Assembly: GCA_951406725.2 (NCBI GenBank)
Contig: OX597832.1
Coordinates: 15,066,001 to 15,130,000 of the forward strand
DNA length: 64,000 bases
Source: Octopus vulgaris
Taxonomy: Eukaryota
Reading direction: 5' to 3'
The notes below the pieces were generated by a model. The model searched no databases. It saw nothing but the letters and a program-made list of their open reading frames with translations, and was not told the DNA's origin. The position numbers and the translations under genes are program-made. Positions 40,321-51,207 of this stretch are shown in pieces (within the stretch, counting starts at the first letter, position 1; each line of letters starts with the position of its first letter).

Positions 40321-42066
40321 TAAGGACAATAAATTAAAAAAGGGGAGGTGAGAAATAAGTAATAAAAAAAAATAAAATAACATTTAAAAAAAAATTTTTA
40401 AAGTTCCTTGGTGCGGGAGGTGGGGCGCAGTCACTAAGAGGAGGGAGCTGTGTTGAGTCCGTGCGGGGTATTGGTCTGTAAAGGGAAAATGAACCGTTTG
40501 TTAAGTGAAAATGAAGCCTGAATTGTGGAGGACAGTTGTCTGGGGCGAGACCAAACACGGAGATGTCATCGGAGGAATGGCTGGCCGAGCAGAAGTGACG
40601 TGCGACGGGAGAATTTGAACGCAGCCGAATATCCCTTAGAAGTTCGGCGAATCGGTCTGCCAACCGGCGTCCCGTCTGTCCTACATACAGCTTCCGCGGA
40701 GGTTGCATTTAATGCAATATATGAGACCAGACGAAGGGCACGTAAAAGAATATCTAATACGTACAGTTCGCTGGTTGGAACCGGTGACAGCAGTGGTGTT
40801 GGTGATGAAGGGGCAGGTGTCGCTGCGGGATCTGGAGCACGGGAAGGATCCATGTGGGGCTGAGGGGGAAGAAGAGAGGGTGCTACGGACCAGGAGATCG
40901 CTTAGATTCCGGGCTCATTTGAAGGAGGACAGGGGAGATGGGGCGGGTCGTGGGATCGTGCCGGAGACGACGGAAGGTGCGCAATATCTTCCGACGAAGG
41001 GGTAGAGAGGAGGGGGTAAAATGAGTGGAAAGGGGGTGCGGTTTGGGGGGTTGGTGAGAGGAAGAAGAAAGGGCGGTGGTGCGGTCGATGCGACGAGCGC
41101 GGGCGAGGGCGTTGAAGACCAGGGTTGGTGGGTTTTCCTCGATGCCTGAACAGGCGGGCCAGGTATTGAGACCGTGTCTCGAAATCCTGGTCGCGGCTGC
41201 ACAAGCGTCGGAGGCGGATGGACTGGGAATAGGGGATGACCCGTTTGGTGTGGAATGGATGGGAGGAGGAGAAGTTGAGATAGAGTTGGCAATCCGTGGG
41301 TTTGAAGAAGGCGGAGGTGGTGAGAGAGTTGGAGGGGTTGTTGATGCTAAGAGAGATATCAAGGAAGTTAACAGAGGTAGTGGAGATGGTGGAAGTGAAT
41401 TGGAGAGAGGGGTGGAAGTTGGAGAGGAAAGATATGAAGTGCCAAGAGTTGTTCGCGGGAAAGAGAGGTGGCGACCGTATAGTTCTGGGGTCGGCCCGAG
41501 AATTGGGAGAATATTTGGGCCTCAATGTAGCCAACAAAGAGATTGGCGAAATTGGGGCCCATTCTCGTTCCCATCGCGACCCCAGACAAGTTTTGGTATG
41601 TTTCCCCGGCGAACGTGAAACAGTGGAGGGTGAGGACGAGCTCTTCCAGGCGGAGGAGGGTGGGGTGCTGGGGGTGGGGTCGGGACGACGGTCGAGTAAG
41701 TGTTGGAGGGCTAAGCGGAGTGTAAAGGGATTTTATGTCTAGGGTGAAGAGGAGGTGTGAGGGGCTGGAAGGGGAGGAAAAGGAATGGAAGAGACGGAGG
41801 CGTGGTTGGTGTCATGTATGTGAGATGGGAGGGCAGCGACTAAGGGGGATAGGATGCGGTCGAGGTATAGGGAAATTTGTTCAGTAGGGCAATTAGGGGC
41901 GGAAACGATGGGGCGACGTATGTATGTATAATTAAGAATTAAGATATAAACGCAATTATGCAATCATACTCATATATTTATAAATTCCAGTTAAATGCGC
42001 TCACATAAATTAATACACATCGACAGATATGAATATTATAAAAATATTCATAAAATATAAATATAA

Positions 42067-42107
<41 letters not shown>

Positions 42108-42133
42108 GAGAGAGAGAGAGAGAGAGATGTATG

Positions 42134-42194
<61 letters not shown>

Positions 42195-42198
<4 letters not shown>

Positions 42199-43377
42199 AC
42201 GGCGGAATACCCCGTCGTCGCCCGTCCCGAACGGCCCACACAAGTTCCGCCACGGAACCCAAAGAGGCGGAGAGAGGAGATGCAGATAGATACTGCCACA
42301 ACCTCAACAGCACAGAGATACAGAGGCACAACCCGAGATACAACCCAAAGAGGCAAGGCAAAAACTGGCAACACTGGCTTATATTCAAACAACAGTTTAT
42401 ACGACAATTACAACTGCTACACATCAAATACATTTAAGGCGGACATTTAAAGGAAGGCATGCACGTGACTACTCAATACATAATACAACAGCATTTCAAT
42501 AGTACAACTCAAAGCATAATACAACATCATGTAACAATTCAAGAGTACACGTCCCAAGACAACAGTTCTTTAAAGTCTCTTCCTAAACATCACAATCAAC
42601 AAGTCCTTTACTCTTCTTCTTCACAATGTCCTTTATCGACCACATCGACAGAGTCCTTGACTGTTCTTTTCTGTCGGTCCGTATACACCGTGACACATAT
42701 CAATGCACAAACACATACCTCAATTCCTAATTGAATCTGCCAGTGTCCCATTCCTCTCAATACTGCTAATTCCTCTGAATACTGCTAATTCCCTTCTGCG
42801 CCGCCAAGCTTTCTCGCATCCAACTTGCTCCTAAGAATTCCAACGCTTGCTCCTTAAATCCAAGGTCCGTCTGTCTTCTTCGACGACCAGCCACGAACTG
42901 CAAGATCCGTCCGTGTTCTTCGACGACCGCTCAACGACTCCCTTCTTGACGACCAACTACCAACTACCAGCCCTCACCTCGTCTCTGTCCTTCTTCCACT
43001 CCCCTCATCTCCCTCTGTCTATATCGCTCTTACCCTTTCTAACTGCCCTGGTCCTTATACCCTATCTATATCGCCTGCTGTCTCTTAGCCTTTCTATTTG
43101 CTATCTGATTCCTTACTCTATCTATATCGCCTGCTGTCTCTTGGCCTCTCCATCCGTCCCCTACTGCTTATACCCTATCTCTATTTGCTCTCAGCCCTTA
43201 ATCTGTCTTCCTCTTCTTTCACTTCTCACTGACCCTCTTATCAACCACACGAGGTCACAGGTCATTCCAAAACCCATTAGCCCTCCATTAGACAAAAGAC
43301 TGTCACATTTCGCCCAGACATGCCGGAACCATAATTCCAATGTGGGTCACCAGAAATGCACTTTGCCAACCGTAACA
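42195..43377. mobile_element. probable solo LTR (Gypsy-like), 1183 bp
   Basis: Termini TGTTACGG...CCGTAACA (8-bp inverted repeat, TG..CA), ATAT on both sides within (TA)n, and internal short tandem repeats. No coding domain is recognisable. Confidence 0.75.
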
Positions 43378-43406
43378 ATATATATGTGTGTGTGTGTGTG
43401 TGTGTA

Positions 43407-43443
<37 letters not shown>

Positions 43444-43463
43444 CACAACACACACACACACAC

Positions 43464-43562
<99 letters not shown>

Positions 43563-43564
43563 CC

Positions 43565-43715
43565 AGTCGCTACGTTCTGACTTCACATTCTACCGAGGTC
43601 GACTTTTCCTTTCACGCTTTCGGAGTCGTTGATATAAGTACCAGTTACGTACTTGGGTCAATATAATCAATTTGTCACCAACATAAAAATGTCAGGGTGT
43701 GTGTCGATAGTATTA
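43565..43715 (+). mobile_element. SINE family E fragment
   Basis: CGTTCTGACTTCACATTCTACCGAGGTCGACTTTTCCTTTCACGCTTTCGGAGTCGTTGATATAAGTACCAG. Confidence 0.7.
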
Positions 43716-44159
43716 TTATCGTTCTCACTATCATTAATCGTAGGAGGATTTTTAGTAAAATCATTAAATATATCGAAAATGTATCAGTCATATGATTCAT
43801 TTCATGTCAACTTTATGTCAGTAAATTGCTGAAACATAGAATGTCTGAGCAGACAAAGAACAAGGCGAAATCGTATTTATCCAACAATAGAATCCATATA
43901 TATATAACTTGTAGAAAAAGCATTGTGAAATCAATAAATTTACGAGTGAGATAAAATAATGAATCTATTACACCAATTTTGGTATGCAGAATAATGTATA
44001 CCACTGGTGTGTGTTTTTATCGAAACAATATATTAAGCGCCAATAACAAATAGGGAACATCTCCTGATAACAAAATACCGTTTATGTTTACACGAAGTTG
44101 TATATTATTTCAAGACTTATTTCTGCTATAATTGATTAAAATTACAGTAAATGTTCCAC

Positions 44160-44370
44160 TAGCGAGATTCTAGAATCCTCAGCACACCCGGCCAAATGCT
44201 TATCGGCATTTTATCTGTCCTTACATTCTGACTTTAATTTCCTTCGAAGTAAACTTGCCTATCTTCCCTTGGGGTCGATAAAATAAGTAGATGTTGGACA
44301 CTTACGTCCATGTAATCGTCTTCCGAGCACCGGGAAATTGCTGGTTTTGTACCAAACTTTGTAACGAATA
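44160..44370 (+). mobile_element. SINE family E copy
   Basis: AGAATCCTCAGCACACCCGGCCAAATGCTTATCGGCATTT...GGGGTCGATAAAATAAGTA. Confidence 0.7.
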
Positions 44371-44713
44371 ATAAATTTACGTCATGAGAAAGAGCTACAT
44401 CTGTGATTGACTCCAAACACTCAACATGCACAGTGGTAACCAAAAGAATTTCCGTGCATACCAAAATTTGATAAACCAACGCTTAGTGAGGCACCAAGAA
44501 ATGAATAATCTACTCGATGTCCATGAATAATACAGACTATATTATAATCATCCGGAGAATATGGAATATGATACCAATGTATACCTGATCTATGGAAGCG
44601 ATGCATTACAGTATTAATAAATTCAAACCAAGGGTTATTATTCTTATTATTGTATGTATCCTACATTATAAACGCAAAGCTCAGCCGGACACCTGAGACT
44701 GGTATCACAAGTT

Positions 44714-44745
<32 letters not shown>

Positions 44746-44747
<2 letters not shown>

Positions 44748-45180
44748 TCCCGGGTTGAGTCGGGGTTAACCACAGTAAATAAGTAATTTATTTTATAGAA
44801 GGAGCTTCTACAAGACTAGAACAGTTTCATTCATATGAAATCTTCAGGAAGCTTGGTGTCAAAATAAGTTTTGGTATTTATGCATTTAGGCTGATTTAAT
44901 GGAGTGGTGGTGGGGGAAGATTTTTGGGTAGGTTGGTATTTAGGAGATAAACAGGGAACAAGCAATTGTTCTTAGGGGAGTGGTCAAATGGCCAGAGTGT
45001 TTTTTGAAATGAGAAGAATCCGTGAGAAAATAAATAAATGAATAAATAGAATAAATGAATAGAAACCCCAAGATTAGTATTTCTGTTGAAATACTAATCT
45101 AAGATTAGTATTTCTGTTGAAATACTAATCTTGACAGCCAGCTTCCTGAAGATTTCATCTGAAGATTTCCTGAAGGTTTC
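44746..45180 (-). mobile_element. short hammerhead-containing element with partial inverted duplication, in (TA)n
   Basis: Hammerhead motif at 44803-44853. An inverted partial copy TTGACAGCCAGCTTCCTGAAGATTTCAT lies at 45131-45158. (TA)n on both sides. Confidence 0.65.
44803..44853 (-). ncRNA. type I hammerhead ribozyme motif
   Basis: AGCTTC-CTGAAGA-T(TTCATATGAA)T-GAAAC-TGTTCTAGTCTT-GTA^GAAGCT. Stem I is a perfect 6 bp and the core is intact. The first pair of stem II is a non-canonical U.U. Confidence 0.65.
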
Positions 45181-45197
45181 ATATATATATATATATA

Positions 45198-45603
45198 GTT
45201 AATCCAGAAAAACACAGAAAAAAGAGAAAAAAAGAGAAAAAAACACAGCAACGCAGGACGTGGAACAATTAAAGTATTATTGAGGCTCAGGAAAGAAGGG
45301 AAGGAGGGTTTAACGTTTCGAGCGGAGCTCTTCGTCGGAAATAAGGAGAAGGAAAGATCCCAGGGAAGGAAGACAGAGGAGAAAATATTTGAGCTGGTGG
45401 TACTTAAGAGATCACATAATCAATTCACATAACGAAAAATAGGAAAATAGAAAACATGGGGACTGAAGAAGCAATACATTAACTAGACATTAACTGAAAG
45501 AAGAAATCTTTTAAGATTTCGAGTAAAGCTCTTCGTCGGAAGGAGGAAAATCCAATGAGTAAAAAGAAAAAAAATACGGAAAACTTGCCAACAGTGCACT
45601 CCG

Positions 45604-45606
<3 letters not shown>
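45198..45606 (-). mobile_element. solo Penelope terminal-repeat-like element with two tandem hammerhead motifs
   Basis: 45198-45385 is homologous to 38318-38480 (both start GTTAATCCA after TA). Motifs lie at 45308-45342 and 45508-45543. Confidence 0.75.
45308..45342 (-). ncRNA. minimal hammerhead motif with loopless palindromic stem III
   Basis: TTT-CCGACGA-A-GAGC-TCC-GCTC-GAAAC-GTT^AAA. Confidence 0.65.
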
Positions 45607-45663
<57 letters not shown>

Positions 45664-45693
45664 TGAGAGAAAGAGAGACACAGAGAGAGAAAC

Positions 45694-45729
<36 letters not shown>

Positions 45730-46051
45730 GGAGACGTAGGTACATGACTACATACATATCCAGACGTATGTAGGCAAAACATAAATATATACACATTTAT
45801 GCATATGAATGCACGCGCACATACGCACTTACACAAAACCTTGTAGCGTATGCGTATACAATTTAGCTGATATAAACGAAATACATAGAAAAATAAGAGA
45901 ATAACGGGGGAGGGGAAAGAAAAAAAGAGAAAAGAAGAAAATGAAATAAATAAAAAGGACAGAATATTAGAGAGACATATCTTCACATGAAGATAAATAT
46001 ATACAGCGTAACTTATATATGCAAAGATTTATAAAACAAACTGTCTGGTGT

Positions 46052-46184
46052 TAGTTAGTTAGTTAGTTAGTTAATTTGGCTCAAAAGCAAATAGCAAGGC
46101 CATGTAGGGGGACATGGAGTTAAGTACAGGGTGGTGTTCATGTAAAGAGTTCAGGCCTCTTGAGGTCCAGGGAGGCTTTGTTAA
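46052..46184 (-). mobile_element. short 5'-truncated retroelement 3' end with (CTAA)n tail and 10-bp TSD
   Basis: TGTCTGGTGT at 46042-46051 and 46185-46194, (TTAG)n on the plus strand, and a CCATGT/ACATGG hairpin near the tail. Confidence 0.65.
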
Positions 46185-47075
46185 TGTCTGGTGTATATGT
46201 TAATGTCTGGTGTATATGTTATCAAAATGTTAAAATAAGAAAATTCCACAATAAATTAATACAGCTTTATTAAATGCGTGAGTGAACAATAAAAATATCG
46301 GAGAAACTTAAGCTTATATTTGTAAAGCAGTCGAAGGCTTTCTCAAACTAGAATCGTAATCCAGCATTACTATAATGTGCAATGTCAAATTGAAATGCGA
46401 CAGTTAAAATTTTCCGAAAGTTAAAATATTTTACCTTTACGGTATTTTATCGGCTGACATTTTAAACCTCTCGGCGTACTTGCAGAATTTAAGAGCTCGC
46501 GTCCCTTGTTCAAAGAATGTTTATATATATATATATATATATATATGCTGACAGAAAGTATAGAGGCAGATAATTTCGTAAATCATATCTATCTTACAGC
46601 TAAATGAACTGAATGCTCTGATTTAAAAAAAAGAGAAACTACGTATATTGCCATAATTTGTAGGAACGAAAACAATATTTGATACATACTACTGTGTGTT
46701 AAATTGTAATGAATACAATGTGCTGCTAGTATTATTTCGGTTAAAATAATTTTCGGATGAAAAAGACAATGTATTGAATATGGGAGAAACATTCTGAGAA
46801 ATAGTTGTCCTCAGTAGATCATTGTTATTGAAAAACATAAGCAGAAAGATGCATCGGTTCCGATGGTTCATGTTTCTACTATCAAAATTAATTTTTCTTT
46901 CGACAGGAAAAATAACAGGCAGCTGATAGATTTATGCCCTACGGTACAGAAAATTAGGCTTCGGAAACATCAGTCAGTGCTGCTGCCATGAAATCAATTG
47001 ATGCCGATACGGGAAAAAGAAATATGAAAATAACTACTATTACTACTACTACTACTACTACTACAACTACTATTT

Positions 47076-47295
47076 AGGCGGCGAGTTGGCAGAATCATTA
47101 GCACGCCGTGTGAAATATTTAATGGCATTTTAGCTGCCTCTACATTTTGTGTTCAAATTACACCGAGTTCTATTTTGCATTTCACCATTTGGGGGTTGAT
47201 AAATGAAATACCATTGAAATGCAGGCTTCGATGTAATCGAGTAGTTCCCACACCAATATTTCTACTAAAGCCTCGTGCTTTAGTAGAAAGGATTG
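47076..47295 (+). mobile_element. SINE family E, near full length
   Basis: AGGCGGCGAGTTGGCAGAATCATTAGCACGCCG...GTTCAAATT...GGGGGTTGATAAAT. Confidence 0.75.
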
Positions 47296-47297
47296 TG

Positions 47298-47342
<45 letters not shown>

Positions 47343-47362
47343 GTTATTATTATTATTATTAT

Positions 47363-48407
47363 TCTATGTTTGACTTTTGCTTTATGTCTGTACAAGTTGG
47401 CTCCAAGTCTCACCCAGAGACCTCAATAGACAACGGGTTGGAAGTTCTGTGCCATCTATTTGGTTTTCTTTTTTTGGTGTTGTACTAGTGAATGTCTAAT
47501 ACATAAAAATAAAAAAATAAAAATAAAAAAAAATAAAAAGGTTGTTTTAAACCTTGGGATTACATAGAGAGTATTTTGCGTAGGATATGAGCAGTTCCCA
47601 TGAGCACTATCTTTTGAATTTCTGCCATTTTGGGGTTTCCTGGTATCTGAGTTAGGTAGTAATCAGTCCCTTTCGCTATCATTCCCAGGGCACCTATGAC
47701 AACAGGTATTGTTTTAGTCTTCAGCTTCCACATTTTGCTGATTTCTATTTCAAGATCTTTATATTTGCTCAGTTTTTGGTAGGTCTTGACAGATACGTTT
47801 ATATCGATTGGGACAGTCATATCAATGAGGAGGCATGTTCTTTGTCTGAAGTCTTTCAATATGATGTCTGGCCTATTTGCATCTATCTTCCTGTCAGTTT
47901 GAATGGTGAAGTTCCAGAGGAGTGAGATGTGGTCATTTTCAAGCACAGGAGGTGGATTGTGTTCCCACCAGTTTTTTTCATGGGGCAAATCCAGGTTTTT
48001 GCAAATTACCCAGTGAATATATTGTGCAGCTCGATCATGCCTACTGAGGTACTCTGTAGGCGCTAGAAGACTGCATTTGGAGACAACATGGTCAATGGTT
48101 TCATTTTGTTGTCGGCAATGTTGGGCTACTGCCGTTCTTTAATATGTTGGCCTGGTAGTTTCTTGTTGGTAGGCATTGATCTTGAGCTGCTATGATAAAC
48201 CCCTCTGTTTCAGATTTTAAGCCAGAGGCCATTAGCCATTGATGGGTCAGGGCTTTGTCGATATCTGCATTATTCGCTTTCTTTGGGTATTTGCCATAGA
48301 GAGGTTTTTCTTGCCATTTATTATTCAGAATATCTAAGGCTGCAGTTTTGGCACGGGTTTTCATGCGCTTAGCTTTTTCTGTGCTTGTTTCTTGTATGTC
48401 TATCTCT
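47363..48407 (-). mobile_element. 5'-truncated R4/Dong-clade retrotransposon (zinc knuckle, RLE, 3' UTR) inside (TAA)n
   Basis: WQEKPLYGKY, LKSETEGFIIAAQDQ, CRQQNETIDHVVSKC, RHD, NRPDIIL...IDMTVP...KLSKYKDL and PVVIGALG, with the stop at 47560. (TTA)n on both sides. Confidence 0.93.
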
Positions 48408-48642
<235 letters not shown>

Positions 48643-49039
48643 GAGTGAGAGAGCAGTTCATGCCATCAAAGTGACACTGGGGTAAAATATACGAAGCCCA
48701 ATATACCCATCATGACTACCCGTCTGATAAAGGTACACCAGGCACATGCATCACAACCATATGTGCGCGACATGGTGATCTCATATCAAGATAAACAGCA
48801 CATGACCTTGCAGGTGGGTCCCAGTTAGAATTTTCTTCAGGTTGAGTAGCCCATCCCGCTCAAAAGGTCCCTGAATAAGGGTTGTTTAAGGATGTTGAAA
48901 GAACCACCCGTGTTTCCAGAGGTGAATTATTCAAACCCCAAAGAATCCCTCTCAACACATGGCTATGATGCTCCCCCACTACTTCTGCTCGTGATCAGAG
49001 ATGCACATATCGTCAGCCACTAAGGGACATGCTCAACTG

Positions 49040-49040
<1 letters not shown>
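48643..49040 (-). mobile_element. non-coding (TAA)n-associated retroposon, family B
   Basis: Homologous to 60674-61104 and 58947-59125. The 3' end TTTGATGGCATGAACTGCTCTCTCACTC runs directly into (AAT)n. No ORF and no obvious A/B box. Confidence 0.85.
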
Positions 49041-49071
<31 letters not shown>

Positions 49072-49176
49072 TATTATTATTATTATTATTATCATTATTA
49101 TTATTTTATATTTCGTAGTAGTAGTCGTAGTATTAGTGGTAGTAGAAGCAGCAGCAGCAGCAGTAGCAGCAGCAAC

Positions 49177-49237
<61 letters not shown>

Positions 49238-50346
49238 ATGTTTGCCACCTGTTCCTGCTTTGTTGTGCTCCTTTTTAAGAGCATAACATTTTTAGAGGTT
49301 AAATACATTTGATTCGTAACTTTCTCGTTGATATACGTGCCCACATACATATACATCAAGAAACATATACATACACACATATAATATAGTAACGAATTCA
49401 AATTAAAGGAATATAGTTTGGAAGCATTTATTACGTACATTTATTACGCAATACCTTCTTCATTTAATTACTTAATACATTCTAAAATATAACGTGACAG
49501 GTATAATTTTGCTGCAAATATTGTCGGTGTAATCGAAGGCAACTTTTAAATAACAAGAGGGAGAATGTACAGAAGTCTAGAGAGTAAAAGTGACAAATAC
49601 AGAGAGGCAGAGAGTCAGAATGAGAGGGAAAACGGGCGAGGGATAATGGGTGAAGGAGGAGAAAATACTGGGGATTAGTGGTGTTGATATGTGAGAATAT
49701 AAAAATCACGAGGGGATAGAGGACTATATGAAGAGAAGTGAATTGGAAGGATAAACTACGTAGAATCAATATATTTGAACAAATATAGACGAATTCAATG
49801 ATGACTTAATGAAATGAAACAAAATAGCAGAATTAGAAATTACAGACGATGGCAATAATATTTGTAGATGAGTAAATATATTTATAAAGAATATAAATAA
49901 CTAAATATGTCGGAAAAGAGTGAGCAGAGAAGGATTTTGTATGGAGTAGTGAGAGAACTTGAATAAATATCCCTTAAGATGGTGGATCAGTTTGTATGGC
50001 GAAGTGTGGATAGCACGTAGGGGAAAAGAAATAGGTTTAGAAAAGGATTGATAGATAAATTGATACGAAGAATCACATGTTAAATCATATATACAGATAT
50101 GCGCGCGTGCGTGTATGTATGTGTATATACATATATATTAGTTTATTCATTTATTTATATCATTCACTGTGATTGCGACTATGCGACTATTCGGTAGTAC
50201 CACATTTAGTCCAACAAATCAAACCAAGGACTTTGTGTTTGTTAGCATGGTAATCATTCAATCATCTTCTTTTTGCGAACCGCTAAGTTATGGGAACGTA
50301 AATACACCAACATCTTTTGAAAGGCGATGTTAGAGGATAATTACCC

Positions 50347-50590
<244 letters not shown>

Positions 50591-50643
50591 AATTAAAAAA
50601 AGGAAACTACGCACACTTACATAGTTTTAATATAATTTTTAAT

Positions 50644-50680
50644 ATGTCAACCGGTTTCGCTATCGCTATTCATGATATTA
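50644..50680 (-). ncRNA. decayed minimal hammerhead motif
   Basis: TATC-ATGAA-TAGCGATAGC-GAAAC-CG-GTT-GACA. The 3' core and palindromic ACCGGT are present but the 5' core is damaged. Confidence 0.4.
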
Positions 50681-50807
50681 TGTTTTACTTATTTGAATAT
50701 ATATTTTTCCTTTAAGAAGAAATTTTGTCCATGTTGTGTCTGAAGAAATTCACGTAGATAAATAAAGGGAGGTAATTGGTTGTCGCTATAATAATAATAA
50801 TAATAAT

Positions 50808-51005
50808 GTGGACGCCCAAACTGTGGAACCTTCCACAACCGGCTTCCAGTGTCGGATTTCCTTTTCAAACAAGGAGAGATGTTCACAATTAAAATTAGTA
50901 TCATTAGAGCGATCGTGAGATACAGAATAGGAAACAAACATAGTGTTATTTGAGAAAGAAAACAAAAGGGTCATACACGTAGCATGCCCAGTTATATACA
51001 GTAAT
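50808..51005 (+). pseudogene. R4/Dong RLE-domain relic between trinucleotide repeats
   Basis: NIVLFEKENKRVIHVACP resembles PDIV...IIDVACP. Flanked by (TAA)n and (TAC)n/(TAA)n. Confidence 0.5.
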
Positions 51006-51057
<52 letters not shown>

Positions 51058-51165
51058 TACTGCTGCTGCTACTACTACTACTACTGCTACTACTGCTGCT
51101 ACTGCTACTACTACTACTACTACTAATAATAATAATAATAATGATAATAATAATAATAATAATAA

Positions 51166-51207
<42 letters not shown>

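Larger units (their letters stand above)
38318..41918 (-). mobile_element. 5'-truncated Penelope-like element: RT, GIY-YIG, CA-rich spacer, terminal repeat with hammerhead
   Basis: Frameshifted RPIVSAPNCPTEQIS, DIKSLYT, GVAMGTRMGPNFANLF, VNFLDI, KPTDCQLYLNFSSSHP and IPYSQSIRLRRLCS. The endonuclease fragment reads LYVGQTGRRLADRFAELLRDIR..VARHF. Linking 38318-40330 to the coding part is an inference. Confidence 0.85.

Noticed and set aside
38728-40383. 551-aa His/Thr-rich ORF
   Set aside because: It is a translation of degenerate (CA)n sequence, which rarely contains stop codons.
40525-41742. Long plus-strand ORFs over the Penelope element
   Set aside because: These are antisense shadows of GC-rich RT/endonuclease sequence.
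42847-43443. 198-aa Leu/Ser-rich ORF in the solo LTR
   Set aside because: It arises from CT-rich repeats, has a non-ATG start, runs into microsatellite and shows no domain.
48960-49040. Ribozyme at the family B 5' region (CTGACGA; TCTG-ATCACGAG-CAGA hairpin followed by GGGGG)
   Set aside because: There is no GAAA or stem II for a hammerhead, and I could not assign a consistent P2 for an HDV-like fold by eye.
49480-50060. Possible ancient Penelope RT relic (purine-rich plus strand)
   Set aside because: Only compositional similarity and vague motifs, too weak to call.
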